From Pyrodictium delaneyi (GTDB taxonomy: Archaea; Thermoproteota; Thermoprotei_A; Sulfolobales; Pyrodictiaceae), in the NCBI RefSeq assembly GCF_001412615.1, contig NZ_CP013011.1, positions 1,740,001-1,772,000 on the forward strand: DNA of 32,000 nt, given 5' to 3'. The notes under the pieces were generated by a model. That model saw only the letters and a program-made list of their open reading frames with translations, was not told the DNA's origin and did no database searches. The translations under genes were made by a program, and so were the position numbers. How positions within the stretch are numbered: position 1 is the stretch's first letter; the number at the start of each line of letters is the position of its first letter. Shown piece after piece: positions 25,060 through 32,000 of this stretch.

Positions 25060-25905
25060 TTACCTGGTGTAATAGCGTATACCTACAGCATCGTATAGTT
25101 CGCGTACTGCAGACATGAAATCTTTGCTTGTTATTCCTAGGAACTGTATGCGTTTCTCAATAGCTAGTTCTATGTTGTAAAGCATTAACTCATGGAACCT
25201 TGCTCCGCGAAGGCTATTAAGTACGTTGTATACCTCGGTGGGAGGCGCAGAGAAGAAGACGCCGGTAAGCCAATAGCCTGTCACATAGCCATCTGTTGTC
25301 TCTATACTTATGCGTATCCAGTAGCCGCCTTCCCTCCTCCGTTCGGCTTCTGCATCCCCTCTATGATAAATGTACTCACGCCATTGTTGCGACTCGAAGA
25401 GCGTAGCTAACTCTTGGAGACTTGTACGGGGTACGTGCATTTTAACGGACTTCTCTACATTTAACGCCTCTAAGAGGCATTGCCGTGCTTCCTCTACGCT
25501 ACGGGCACCGAGTACCTCTATGTAGCCTGTCTCGCCAAAAACGGTGACACCGTAGGTTCCACCTGCGCAACTGGCTATTCCGAGTGCGATACTTGCTAAG
25601 CCTTCGAGACTCTTCCTCCAGGGTAACGCAACGGCTATATAAGCCTGGCCAGGAGCCATGTAGGCCTTGTGTCCCCCGGTTATCCTTCGATAGATGGCCG
25701 TGCTTTCGTTATCCCTTACAGCCTCATAGAGACCGTATACGACTGCCTCTTCGGGCCACGTTAGGACTACGGCGTGTGGCTGTTTACTCCTCATAGCATG
25801 CTCTACAGCTAATTCGCCTGCTGCCAGGACCTCACTAGCTTTTGGAGCATGTATGTCAAGGAGCACCAGTCGTCTGATCCCCATCTGTGATTTTTGCACA
25901 CTCAT
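25060..25905 (-). CDS. Degenerate lipoate-protein-ligase (LplA/BPL fold)-like protein
   Basis: 'AVVLTWPEEAVVYGLYE...IYRRITGGHKAYMAPGQAYIAVAL' parallels the LplA 'RRxSGGGAVYHD' region with substitutions. The C-terminal 'GVFFSAPPTEVYNVLNSLRGARF...IQFLGITSKDF' resembles the LplA C-terminal domain. The conserved 'KxxGxA' lysine was not recognised. Confidence 0.45.
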   Translation of the reverse strand: MSVQKSQMGIRRLVLLDIHAPKASEVLAAGELAVEHAMRSKQPHAVVLTWPEEAVVYGLYEAVRDNESTAIYRRITGGHKAYMAPGQAYIAVALPWRKSLEGLASIALGIASCAGGTYGVTVFGETGYIEVLGARSVEEARQCLLEALNVEKSVKMHVPRTSLQELATLFESQQWREYIYHRGDAEAERRREGGYWIRISIETTDGYVTGYWLTGVFFSAPPTEVYNVLNSLRGARFHELMLYNIELAIEKRIQFLGITSKDFMSAVRELYDAVGIRYYTR

Positions 25906-26019
25906 ATGATGTCCCCGGAAGGCAGTGTTCTAGCCTCTAAACGCCAAGGGATTCACTATGCCCTTCTATAGCCTAGCAGAGCTACGTTATTCAATCTTCC
26001 CAGTCTGCATTACACGCCG

Positions 26020-26817
26020 GTGACGGGGAGAATAGTGGGAGCAATGTTAACGAAGGATGAACTAGAGGATAGGCTAAGAAGACTTCTAGGCCTTAGTGGC
26101 TACGAAGCACGTGCTTATCTCGTAGTACTAAGGGGTGTTTCGAAGCCGAGGGATATAGCAGAGGAGGCAGGGATACCTCCACAGAGGATTTACGATGTAC
26201 TTCGTAGCCTTCAACGTCGAGGCCTTATAGCTCAGACACCGGAGGGCTACAGGGCGACACCGCCTACAAGAACACTAGCTGTTGAAGCCGAGAAACTCAT
26301 ACTAGAGGCAGCTAAGCGTGCAGAGGAGGTACGTCTACTTGCACGCGAGCTTGAAGAACACGTAGCATCCATTGCTAGAGAACACGTATTGGTTGCAGAG
26401 GGGCTCTCGCAGGCCTTCGCATCGGCTCTAGCAGCACTGCGAAGGTGCAACGAGAAGCCCTGGCTGCTAGCCTACAAGGCGGCGGAGAAAGCTGAGGATC
26501 TATGGCCAGTACTTCAACACTTCCTAGAGATATTGAATGTGCGTGGAGCACGGATAATTCTTTATTCCGGCGTAACATTGCCGAGACACGTCTTGGAGAC
26601 CATAGCTGGCATATCCGGAGCCGAGTTGCGGGCGTCGGAGGCAGTATTGCTTGATATGATGGTTGCATGCGATACTGTCGTCATAGGAGTACCAGGTACC
26701 GGTGGTAACGTTGTTGCAGTGACGATAACTAATCGCGAGTTTGCAAAAGCACTCAAGCGAAGGCTAGAGGTGCTATGGCGTAGCTCCAGGCCACTCGGGG
26801 AAGAGATACTAGGATAG
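26020..26817 (+). CDS. TrmB-family transcriptional regulator
   Basis: N-terminal wHTH 'LGLSGYEARAYLVVLRGVSKPRDIAEEAGIPPQRIYDVLRSLQRRGLI', then a coiled-coil linker and a C-terminal effector-type domain. The start is GTG, with ATG 26044 as an alternative. Confidence 0.8.
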   Translation: MTGRIVGAMLTKDELEDRLRRLLGLSGYEARAYLVVLRGVSKPRDIAEEAGIPPQRIYDVLRSLQRRGLIAQTPEGYRATPPTRTLAVEAEKLILEAAKRAEEVRLLARELEEHVASIAREHVLVAEGLSQAFASALAALRRCNEKPWLLAYKAAEKAEDLWPVLQHFLEILNVRGARIILYSGVTLPRHVLETIAGISGAELRASEAVLLDMMVACDTVVIGVPGTGGNVVAVTITNREFAKALKRRLEVLWRSSRPLGEEILG

Positions 26818-26867
26818 CGCTAATCTAGGCCCCTATGCGTCAGAGTTTTATCTAGGGAATAGGATTT

Positions 26868-27278
26868 ATGACGGAAGAACAGACCAGTAAACGTAGACGG
26901 CCCATGTTCGCTACGGGGGAGGTCGTGGGCGACTACGAGCCCCTCTACCTCTACTGGCAGGAGGCAGGCGAACGCGCCGGCGAGAGCGTACTGAGCAACG
27001 AGGACTTCAAGGAGCTGCAGCGCCTCATCACTAGGGAGGGGCTCCGCCGGCTAGACCAGCTCCTAGCCAGGCTGCAGGACTACTTCCTGCCCCGAGTCGA
27101 CCCAGGAGCTGCGAGGCGTGCTCTGAGCCGCTATTATGGCGTAGAAATAGGGGAGGACGAGGCAGCCCAGAGGATAGCATCGATACTAGCAGGCTGGCTC
27201 GTAGAAGCTGCCAGCGAGTGGGGTATGCTCCGTCTCCGCCGAGGATGGGAGAAACAGGGAGAGCACAGGGAGGATTAG
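26868..27278 (+). CDS. Hypothetical helical protein (136 aa)
   Basis: ATG start 50 nt after the trmB-like stop, on the same strand. No motif was recognised. The stop overlaps the sufB/D stop by 4 nt (convergent). Confidence 0.55.
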   Translation: MTEEQTSKRRRPMFATGEVVGDYEPLYLYWQEAGERAGESVLSNEDFKELQRLITREGLRRLDQLLARLQDYFLPRVDPGAARRALSRYYGVEIGEDEAAQRIASILAGWLVEAASEWGMLRLRRGWEKQGEHRED

Positions 27279-28477
27279 CCTGTAGCTTTCTCTGCCAGGG
27301 TGCGCTCCACGTAGCGTATGAGACTACGCACTTGCTGCGGTAGCCCGGGCACCTCGATGTGGAGGAAGCCTCGTAGCAGTAGGCTACGCGCCTCGTCCTC
27401 GGTGAAACCCCGGGACATTAGGTACTCGAGCTCCTCCTCTGCTATCCTCCCTATAGCGGCCTCGTGAGTCAGTTCAGCCCCTTCAACCATGCTCGCTAGC
27501 TCCGGTATAGACTCTATCACGGCGCTGGGGGAGAGCGGCAGCCCGAGGCACTCTATGTGGCCACGTGTATCCGGGGCATACGCCTCGATACGTGCCCTCG
27601 CGTACACTCGGGCAGAGTCTCGGGCCATCACCCTGGAGACTATTTCCGCGGATGCGCCGGGCTCGCGGAGCTGGGCGAGCGTGCCGATATCATAGATTGA
27701 GCCGCCTTCCCCGACTATTATTGAAGCACTATAGAGCTTAGCGTTGCGGTGCAGCTCTATCCTGGGATAGCTCTGTACACTAGCTACAGAGCCGTGTATT
27801 AGGTAATAACTTATGTAACTTCCGTCTTCTTCCACTACAACCCCTGTACGCGGCCTTACATGCACTCCTTGGCCCCACGAATGTATCATGGCGAACCTCA
27901 GTATCGCACCACGTTTTACGTAGAACTCGGAGACGCCTATATGGAGAGCCTTGTCGACCCTGTGGGAGACCCCACAACCAGTTACAAGCGTGGCTTCGGC
28001 ACCCTCGTCCACTATCACTATATTGTGGACTAGTTGTGCCTCAAGCTCCTCGGTTATGAGTAGACACGTGTAAATTGGTTGTTCAACTTTAACCCCTGGC
28101 GGTACGTAAATGAAGTATCCTAGCTGTTTACCATACACTTCTACGCTGGCAGTATACTTATCAGTATCAACGGGGACAGCACGCCAGTAGTAGTCCTTGA
28201 CCCAGGGGAACTTCTCAAGAGCCTCGTAGAGAGGGAGAACTACTACGCCCTGACGCTCTAGTCTATGCAGTACTAGGCGGCGTACAATTTCCTCGTTAAC
28301 CTGTACGTACCCGGCTCTCTGGAGAACCTCCTTACCAAAGCCGAGCCTATCGAGCGCTTCCTCGGCACCGTCACCTTTACCTTGTCTTTTTCTCAGAAAC
28401 TTCTCAACATCTATATCAGGGCCGTATCGCCCCAAACGCTTCAGAGCCTTCAGTGCGCGTTCCCTGTGGCTAGTCAT
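27275..28477 (-). CDS. sufB: SufB/SufD-family Fe-S cluster assembly scaffold protein (single copy; minimal SUF/SMS-type)
   Basis: C-terminal signature 'HIECLGLPLS...ELTHEAAIGRIAEEELEYLMSRGFTEDEARSLLLRGFL' and a beta-helix-like middle region. The ATG start overlaps the sufC stop by 8 nt. Confidence 0.85.
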   Translation of the reverse strand: MTSHRERALKALKRLGRYGPDIDVEKFLRKRQGKGDGAEEALDRLGFGKEVLQRAGYVQVNEEIVRRLVLHRLERQGVVVLPLYEALEKFPWVKDYYWRAVPVDTDKYTASVEVYGKQLGYFIYVPPGVKVEQPIYTCLLITEELEAQLVHNIVIVDEGAEATLVTGCGVSHRVDKALHIGVSEFYVKRGAILRFAMIHSWGQGVHVRPRTGVVVEEDGSYISYYLIHGSVASVQSYPRIELHRNAKLYSASIIVGEGGSIYDIGTLAQLREPGASAEIVSRVMARDSARVYARARIEAYAPDTRGHIECLGLPLSPSAVIESIPELASMVEGAELTHEAAIGRIAEEELEYLMSRGFTEDEARSLLLRGFLHIEVPGLPQQVRSLIRYVERTLAEKATG

Positions 28478-29210
28478 CTCCTCTCACCCTGGCGCCTTCT
28501 GCTATGCCCTGGAAACCAGCTTCCTTTAACATCTCGAAGATCTTCTTCGGGTCTCCAGAAGCAGCGAGACGACCGGCAACTATTACATGCACATTATCTA
28601 TAATATTCCTAGCTGCTAGTCTTTCAAGCAAATACATGGTATGACTTACGAGTAGCACTAGTACACCTCTCTTTTTCAGTTCAACAAGTACCTCCTCTAT
28701 CCGCTCAAGGGTCTCAATGTCAACGCCACTATCCGGTTCATCGAGTAGTGCGACACGTGGCCTCTGAAGAATGGTGAGGTATAGTTCTACACGTTTCCGT
28801 TCACCACCACTCATGCCGACAAAGAGTGGCCTATCCATAAACTTCTTAACATCAAGTATATCTGCTGCCCACTCGACGTCTCGTGCACTACCATATATAC
28901 GTTCCATCGCTGACACAAGTTCGCGGAGAGTTAAGCCCTTGAGAGCTGGAGGAAACTGATGTGCGAGAACGATACCACTACGAGCTCTCTCATATAAGGG
29001 CTTATTGACTATATTTATACCCTGGAAGATGATAGAGCCGCTAACAACTTTGTAGTGACGTAAACCTGCAATAGTATTGAGTAATGTGGATTTTCCCGCT
29101 CCGTTGGGCCCCATGATTACGTGCAACTCGCCAGGGCCTATATCCATACTGATGCCCTGAAGTATCCTCCTTCCTTCTACTTCTACGACGAGGTCTCTGA
29201 CGCTGAGCAT
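28470..29210 (-). CDS. sufC: SufC Fe-S cluster assembly ATPase (ABC-type)
   Basis: Walker A 'GPNGAGKST', ABC signature 'MSGGERKR', Walker B 'ALLDEPDSGVD', H-loop 'VSHT'. Confidence 0.9.
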   Translation of the reverse strand: MLSVRDLVVEVEGRRILQGISMDIGPGELHVIMGPNGAGKSTLLNTIAGLRHYKVVSGSIIFQGINIVNKPLYERARSGIVLAHQFPPALKGLTLRELVSAMERIYGSARDVEWAADILDVKKFMDRPLFVGMSGGERKRVELYLTILQRPRVALLDEPDSGVDIETLERIEEVLVELKKRGVLVLLVSHTMYLLERLAARNIIDNVHVIVAGRLAASGDPKKIFEMLKEAGFQGIAEGARVRGDD

Positions 29211-29295
29211 TTGGCGTCACCGTACTAACTCGTTAAGGTATCTTAGAACTAATTCCCATGTATGCTACGTGCTCTATGCTCCCGTTCTACCAGCC

Positions 29296-29550
29296 TCAAC
29301 ACCCAACCCTATACACCATTATATCCTCGTCCTCGTCGTATTCCGTATCAGGACAGACATGCTGCTCAAGCAACACTATGGGCTCGGGTAGCCTCTGAAT
29401 ATAACGGGCTGGGTTTCGGGCTACAAGCTCTGCATGTTCCTGGCTACACACATATACCGTAATCCTCCCAAGTCGTAGCTTTATAGTACCGTTTCTACCA
29501 CATACGGGACACCGTTGGTTACGACTAACAGCTAACTTCAAAGTAGTCAA
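29296..29550 (-). CDS. Small TRASH/YHS-like zinc-ribbon (metal-binding) protein with an acidic Cys-containing tail
   Basis: 'CPVCGRNGTIKLRLGRITVYVCSQEHAELVARNPARYI' follows the TRASH/YHS pattern CxxC...YxCSxxC/H...P..Y. The tail is 'HVCPDTEYDEDEDIMVYRVGC'. The TTG start overlaps the upstream stop (TTGA). Confidence 0.55.
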   Translation of the reverse strand: MTTLKLAVSRNQRCPVCGRNGTIKLRLGRITVYVCSQEHAELVARNPARYIQRLPEPIVLLEQHVCPDTEYDEDEDIMVYRVGC

Positions 29551-30923
29551 ACCCTCTGCTCAATCATCTTTACGAGCCGATACCTCTCGTAGAACATTTC
29601 CACCATACCACGCTCGACATCTATGCGGAACTCTACGCGAAGCTTTTTCCCAGCTCTAGCTGAGACAAATACCGGGGTCACCGGGTCTAATTTCTCTGGA
29701 AACAACACTTCACGCCTACCAGGCGGCTCAAGGCTCTCCAAAACTAAAGCGTCGCCAACCCTTTCGAGGCGCGCCTTTACTGTACCCATAAAGCCAGTAT
29801 AGATGCCTTCAAGCAATCCCAGTACACGGTCAGCGATATTGAATGGTAGTTTCAATGGATCGGTACCCGCAGCAGCGGCTAACAATGTCATGGCTATCTG
29901 AGGTGATCCCGGATCGGCGTTAGCTAGAACAGCTATAGAGAGACCCTTTTCCTTCAAGTAGCCTGCAAAACCTGTATAGAATAGAAGTGAACCACTATGC
30001 CCAATTAAGGTTCCGCTAGGAAATCTAGGATATATCGTTACACCTAGTCCATAGCTATCGTTACCGAAAAGCTGCGCAGGCAGCTCAATCCGTGGCCGCT
30101 CTATCTCCTCAACGCTGTTCTTCGACAATATCTCCACGTCGCTAAGGCGACCACTCTGTGACAACGCTGTCATGAGTTTGGCAAGATCAACTACAGTACT
30201 CCATCCACCACCATCTGCTGTTATCCCGGTTGGTACCCTAACAGGTCGCGGGGGACGAGACGATGTATCATAAGGTGTAGCCAAGAGTGGTGAAGATAAA
30301 GCCTCTTGGGCATCGAAAGTAGTTGATCTCATACCTAAGGGTCCTGTTATGTGCTTGCGTATATACTCGTTAAAGCGCATCCCTGAGAGACGCTCAACTA
30401 TGACGCCAAGGGCAACGAAACCTTCATTGAGATAGAGAAACCTCTCCCCAGGCTCGGCTATAGCCCAGTGGCGGGCACCTTTCTCGAGCCAGGCGAGAAC
30501 GTCCCGGGGCTCAGAGAAAGGTAACCAGTTCTCGCCAAGCCCAAGGTAACCAGTAAGGAGCGCCTCAGCATAGCCTAGTGCTGGTATCCCGCTGGTGTGA
30601 CTTAGCAAATGCCATACAAGAACGGGTTTCCCCTTAACACGGAGCTCGATAGGCAAATACTTTTCAGCTGGATCTTCGAGACTCAGAAGCCCCTTCTCAA
30701 CAAGCTGCATAACAGCGATAGCAGTTAATATCTTTGATATCGAGGCTATGCCATACATAGTCTCCGGTGTTGCTAGCAGCCCACGCTCTAGGTTGCGATA
30801 TCCATATCCTCTCTGCAGGAGTGGTTTACCCCGATCATGAAGTGCAACGCTAACTCCAGGAGTATGAGTTACAGCCATACGTGTAATGATGTATTCGCTA
30901 GAAATCTGCTCAATACCCAGCAA
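29547..30923 (-). CDS. Beta-lactamase-fold serine hydrolase (S12/class-C PBP family) with a ~100-aa beta-rich C-terminal extension (Pab87/'CubicO'-like architecture possible)
   Basis: SxxK 'ASISKILTA', YxN 'FLYLNEG', third motif 'GHSGS'. The C-terminal 'GIYTGFMGTVKARLERVGDALVLESL...KLRVEFRIDVERGMVEMFYERYRLVK' looks lipocalin/beta-barrel-like. Confidence 0.8.
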   Translation of the reverse strand: MLGIEQISSEYIITRMAVTHTPGVSVALHDRGKPLLQRGYGYRNLERGLLATPETMYGIASISKILTAIAVMQLVEKGLLSLEDPAEKYLPIELRVKGKPVLVWHLLSHTSGIPALGYAEALLTGYLGLGENWLPFSEPRDVLAWLEKGARHWAIAEPGERFLYLNEGFVALGVIVERLSGMRFNEYIRKHITGPLGMRSTTFDAQEALSSPLLATPYDTSSRPPRPVRVPTGITADGGGWSTVVDLAKLMTALSQSGRLSDVEILSKNSVEEIERPRIELPAQLFGNDSYGLGVTIYPRFPSGTLIGHSGSLLFYTGFAGYLKEKGLSIAVLANADPGSPQIAMTLLAAAAGTDPLKLPFNIADRVLGLLEGIYTGFMGTVKARLERVGDALVLESLEPPGRREVLFPEKLDPVTPVFVSARAGKKLRVEFRIDVERGMVEMFYERYRLVKMIEQRV

Positions 30924-31360
30924 ACACCTAACCCCATAGCCAGGGTAGGCTGGAGGCTCTTAATTACAAATCTTTGCAATTCTGCTATCCGTGTATCATC
31001 AATTTGATTGAAACACCGACAGCCAAGGCGGCTTAATAGTCCCAGGAGGAATGCGGGACGCATATACGATATGCTATAATCTGACGTACTTGTTATCTTA
31101 AAGGGATGTTGATGATTAGAGCATCTGTTTATAAATATTTCTTTACATCGCATCTTATACAACATATATGTTAACAGTATCATGGTCGCATAGCATGTGA
31201 AATAACTGCTTGGCGCAAATTTTTATCAAAGATGTAAGACTAGACGATATCTACTAGCAATATTACATCATAAAGTCGTTCGTAGTTTAACCATTGGCTT
31301 GAAGATAATATCCTTGGCGTAAATAGTGATGTTTTGTCTTCGGATTTGGGGGAGGAAATT

Positions 31361-32000
31361 TTGGTACAGAATAGGGCTGCAGGCAGGCGAGACCGCATAG
31401 ATATAATATTATCCATACTACGTGTACTCGGCGATAATGGCCCGAGTTCAAAGACTAGTATAATGAGATTTGCAGAACTAAACTCGAAGAGTTTCGAAGA
31501 GTATGTCGAGGGTTTACTCGTGCCTCGTGGTTTTGTAGAAAAACGGAAGCTAAGAGACCGCTACGTTTACGTCTTAACACCGAGTGGGAAGATGTTACAT
31601 ACTCTACTCAGCATAGTTAGAGACCTTCTCTACATAGAGGAGCCTAAGGATGCAAAGATGCTTCGTGAGCTTCTGATTAGTAAGCTTCAGCTGCGAGGGT
31701 TCATGGTTTCATCATATCTAAATCTTGGAGATGGACTTATGCTTCCTGTCGATATTGCCGTATCGCATAATGGATCAACGGTAGTGGTTAATGTTGCTGC
31801 AACAAGGTCTTCCGCTTTGTGTCGATTAGCACTCTCTGCGCTTGCAGCTACACTCGGAGGAGCTAACGCGTTCATAGCTGTACCAGCTACGGCGGATGAA
31901 ATCTACGAACTAGTAAGCAAGATAAGTACTCCAACTATAAAGCCTTTAGTCTATGAGCCTTCCTCTATAGAACGTTCAGTAGAAGAAATAGTTTCTGTTG
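31361..32000 (+). CDS. 3'-truncated gene absent from the ORF track: archaeal winged-helix N-terminal domain fused to an uncharacterised alpha/beta domain
   Basis: My own translation is open from the TAG at 31283-31285 to the window end. TTG 31361 lies 5 nt after GGGGGAGG (31348-31355). The N-terminus 'RRDRIDIILSILRVLGDNGPSSKTSIMRFAELNSKSFEEYVEGLLVPRGFVEKRKLRDRYVYVLTPSGKMLHTLL' is a typical small archaeal wHTH. The remainder reads 'LPVDIAVSHNGSTVVVNVAATRSSALCRLALSALAATLGGANAFIAVPA...'. Confidence 0.7.
   Translation, partial: MVQNRAAGRRDRIDIILSILRVLGDNGPSSKTSIMRFAELNSKSFEEYVEGLLVPRGFVEKRKLRDRYVYVLTPSGKMLHTLLSIVRDLLYIEEPKDAKMLRELLISKLQLRGFMVSSYLNLGDGLMLPVDIAVSHNGSTVVVNVAATRSSALCRLALSALAATLGGANAFIAVPATADEIYELVSKISTPTIKPLVYEPSSIERSVEEIVSV

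Noticed and set aside
30869-31183. 104-aa minus-strand ORF in the AT-rich spacer
   Set aside because: It overlaps the 5' end of the hydrolase gene. Its AT-driven, Ile/Leu/Lys/Cys-rich composition and lack of upstream signals suggest a chance ORF in AT-rich DNA.
30924-31360. AT-rich spacer as a replication origin (the same idea applies to 14363-15060)
   Set aside because: I could find no ORB or mini-ORB-like inverted repeats (for example CCAGTGGAAAC-type words), and no cdc6/orc1 gene is adjacent. AT-richness alone is insufficient.
1-32000. Scan for tRNA, rRNA, CRISPR repeats, IS terminal inverted repeats and integrase/transposase genes
   Set aside because: I noticed no tRNA-like acceptor or T-arm words (GGTTCGAATCC / GGTTCAAATCC types), no regularly spaced direct repeats and no recombinase motifs. 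This was a by-eye scan, so small ncRNAs could have been missed. tRNAscan-SE/Infernal would be decisive.

Overview
Dense, chromosomal-looking 32-kb window from an archaeon. It is most likely a hyperthermophilic crenarchaeon of the Desulfurococcales type. That is an inference from gene content (tungsten-type aldehyde:ferredoxin oxidoreductase, ADP-forming acetyl-CoA synthetase, futalosine-route menaquinone genes, TrmB, PhoU, Roadblock), frequent GTG/TTG starts, 4-8 nt gene overlaps and TATA-like boxes close to starts. I support 32 protein-coding genes. Two are cut by the window edges, and the right-edge one is missing from the supplied ORF track. By eye I found no rRNA, tRNA, CRISPR array, IS element or integrase. 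Left to right: a secreted beta-rich surface protein plus a coiled-coil membrane stalk protein (SlaA/SlaB-like); ACD alpha; an MthK-like K+ channel overlapping a UbiD-UbiA pair; a small wHTH plus unknown pair; PhoU; a helical unknown; homocitrate/isopropylmalate-type synthase with a C-terminal RAM-like domain; MqnD; DUF89; stomatin; Roadblock; upp; hisC; MATE; a Cys-rich helical unknown; a MoaD-like beta-grasp protein without a GG terminus; AOR; MqnA plus two MqnC/MqnE radical-SAM paralogs; a degenerate LplA-like protein; TrmB plus an unknown; a minimal SufC-SufB/D pair preceded by a TRASH-like Zn-ribbon protein and a beta-lactamase-fold hydrolase; then an AT-rich gap and a truncated wHTH-fusion gene. 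No canonical defence or mobile system is visible. The best candidates for under-described biology are: (1) the S-layer-like lattice+stalk pair; (2) the AOR - GG-less beta-grasp - Cys-rich protein module inside a low-GC island; (3) the degenerate LplA-like gene upstream of the mqn operon; (4) the TRASH protein wedged between a serine hydrolase and the minimal SUF pair; (5) the untracked wHTH-fusion gene behind a 437-bp AT-rich spacer at the right edge. All functional calls rest on motif recognition by eye. No database search was run.
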